Source: Opitutales bacterium
Lineage (GTDB): Bacteria; Verrucomicrobiota; Verrucomicrobiia; Opitutales; UBA9783
Length of the DNA stretch: 15,325 nt
NCBI GenBank assembly: GCA_024407725.1
Contig: JAKSVZ010000017.1
Coordinates: 1 to 15,325 of the forward strand
Direction of reading: 5' to 3'
Under the pieces are notes generated by a model. It was not told the origin of the DNA. It did no database searches and worked only from the letters and a program-made list of their open reading frames with translations. A program made the translations under genes and the position numbers. This document shows, piece after piece, positions 14,556 through 15,325 of this stretch; position 1 is the stretch's first letter; each line of letters opens with the position of its first letter.

Positions 14556-15020
14556 TTAACGTTTAAAGTCCACCAACGTATATCCAAAATAGAGCCCCAT
14601 AATGGCTGACAGAAGGTGCGTGTCGAGCGGGGTAATTACAACTCCGTGCAGTTGAATCCAAGTCAGGTTTTCAACCCCAGAACAAAAGCTAAATAATTTG
14701 CGCGTTGTTTTTGTAATCCCAATCGTAATGGGAATGTTGGGACAAAAAACAGCTACTAGCTTCGGCCATACAATTACAAAAAATACAGCCGATAAGGCGA
14801 TGATGCGTCGCACTAACTGTAAACTGGACGTCATACGCGCGCGATTAACCATCGCTGCTTGAACGTTCGAACGCCGCAAGGTTAAGACACGTTCATAGTG
14901 ACGTGCCATAAATATAAAACTTATCAGGCGCATACTGCTCCCGATCATGGATGAACCCAACAGCGCATATAGCTCAGATGGGATAGGGTTAGCGAACATG
15001 TTTTGTGTCATTTCCGCCAT
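14556..15020 (-). CDS. Small integral membrane protein (about 3 TM segments); a holin-like role is speculative
   Basis: 154-aa ORF and the first gene of the operon. Hydrophobic segments lie at about aa 17-39, 69-92 and 126-147, separated by Arg-rich loops. No family was recognised. Confidence 0.4.
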   Translation of the reverse strand: MAEMTQNMFANPIPSELYALLGSSMIGSSMRLISFIFMARHYERVLTLRRSNVQAAMVNRARMTSSLQLVRRIIALSAVFFVIVWPKLVAVFCPNIPITIGITKTTRKLFSFCSGVENLTWIQLHGVVITPLDTHLLSAIMGLYFGYTLVDFKR

Positions 15021-15110
15021 TATATAGATATTTGTATTACCCTTAATGATTAAATGTGATATAATATATAAATTTTTTTAAATTTAACTAAAAAGACTAT
15101 TTGGTGCTAA
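15021..15110. promoter_or_regulatory. AT-rich upstream region of the phage-like operon. It contains a perfect extended -10 (TGATATAAT, 15057-15065), but on the + strand
   Basis: The region is about 80-85% A+T by eye and lies directly upstream of the first operon ATG (15020). The minus strand offers only weak -10/-35 candidates (TATATT / TATTAT). The plus strand has TG-n-TATAAT with a weak -35 (TTACCC, 17-nt spacer). Confidence 0.3.
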
Positions 15111-15170
15111 ATGGTTTTTGGGGGTACAGTAAAATCAGCAGAAACGCCCACACAAACCACTTGTTGTGCG

Positions 15171-15202
15171 AACAAAAACAAAAAAGCCCCAACAATGGGG
15201 CT
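15171..15202 (-). terminator. Rho-independent terminator of the right-hand flanking gene
   Basis: The minus strand reads AGCCCCA-TTGT-TGGGGCT (7-bp stem, positions 15185-15191 and 15196-15202) followed by TTTTTGTTTTTGTT. It lies 31 nt downstream of the flanking gene's TAA. Confidence 0.75.
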
Positions 15203-15225
15203 AAACTAACAAAATAGAAGCGTTG

Positions 15226-15325
15226 ATGGTTATTTACTTACCGTCCTGCATTTCCGCAGCAACCAACTCATCAAAGGTATCACGATGGGGATACGCATCT
15301 AGGATCTTAAACGCACGTAGGTTTT
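15226..15325. repeat. Right arm of the terminal inverted duplication (pairs with 1-100)
   Basis: See the left arm: 96/100 identity in inverted orientation, with the outermost 55 nt exact. Confidence 0.9.
15234..15325 (-). CDS. 3' end of an unidentified gene (partial), paralogous to 1-80. It reads ...NLRAFKILDAYPHRDTFDELVAAEMQDGK*
   Basis: The frame is open from the window edge to the TAA (complement of 15234-15236) and is followed by a good terminator. It is 96% identical to the inverted left-end copy. Confidence 0.5.
   Translation of the reverse strand, partial: NLRAFKILDAYPHRDTFDELVAAEMQDGK

Larger units (their letters stand above)
5238..15020 (-). mobile_element. Phage-derived head/neck/short-tail structural operon (GTA-like candidate or trimmed defective prophage). 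No integrase, replication or immunity genes are present
   Basis: 14 co-oriented ORFs with gaps of -29 to +8 nt, apart from two intergenic spaces (49 nt with a stem-loop, and 18 nt). Three junctions are ATGA overlaps. The content follows the order TerL, portal, protease/scaffold, decoration, MCP, neck, tail. Confidence 0.8.

Noticed and set aside
15101-15110. TTGGTGCT match to the 3' (CCA) end of the tRNA-Leu gene (1245-1252) as a possible att core flanking the phage-like cluster
   Set aside because: Only 8 nt match exactly, with no extension. In addition, the cluster lies on the 5' side of the tRNA with three housekeeping genes in between, which is the wrong geometry for tRNA 3'-end integration.
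15111-15209. 32-aa + strand ORF (MVFGGTVKSAETPTQTTCCANKNKKAPTMGLN) downstream of the extended -10 element
   Set aside because: It has no ribosome-binding site. It runs through the terminator hairpin of the opposite strand, and its composition reflects the A-rich terminator tail. It is most likely fortuitous.
1-15325. CRISPR arrays, rRNA genes, IS elements with recognisable transposases, and toxin-antitoxin or known defence-system gene pairs
   Set aside because: I looked for spaced direct repeats, rRNA-like conserved blocks, DDE or serine/tyrosine recombinase motifs and small two-gene cassettes on both strands. None was seen.

Overview
This is a 15.3-kb bacterial chromosomal window of intermediate GC content (about 45% by eye, not computed). 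No similarity search was possible, so every family call rests on motifs, size, gene order and synteny read by eye.

The left third is housekeeping. A GT4 glycosyltransferase and a tRNA-Leu(UAG) lie on the minus strand. They are followed by a plus-strand ileS / DksA-TraR-like / lspA operon.

The right two thirds (5238-15020, all on the minus strand) is one tightly packed 14-gene phage-derived operon. In transcription order it encodes:
- a 3-TM membrane protein, a winged-helix protein and a small helical protein
- the large terminase and a Mu gp29/DUF935-like portal
- a Mu-I-like protease/scaffold, a decoration-like protein and the major capsid protein
- three neck proteins and a 39-aa coiled-coil micro-ORF
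- a 562-aa hub-like protein and a 269-aa protein with a Pro/Thr/Arg-rich repeat linker

No integrase, repressor, replication, tail tube, sheath, tape-measure or endolysin gene is visible. The cluster ends 6 nt from the lspA stop codon. This makes it a candidate GTA-like or domesticated head-plus-stub-tail particle locus. A trimmed defective prophage is the alternative.

The two window ends are an inverted duplication (1-100 versus 15226-15325, 96/100 identical, outermost 55 nt exact). Each arm encodes the C-terminus of a paralogous inward-reading gene, and the left copy carries a TAG where the right copy has CAG.

Smaller oddities:
- a Trp/Cys-rich patch in the scaffold gene whose +1 frame reads more like a normal protein
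- a histone-H1-like basic tract in the same gene
- a stem-loop directly after the capsid gene
- loss of zinc-ligand cysteines in both the IleRS C-terminus and the DksA-like protein
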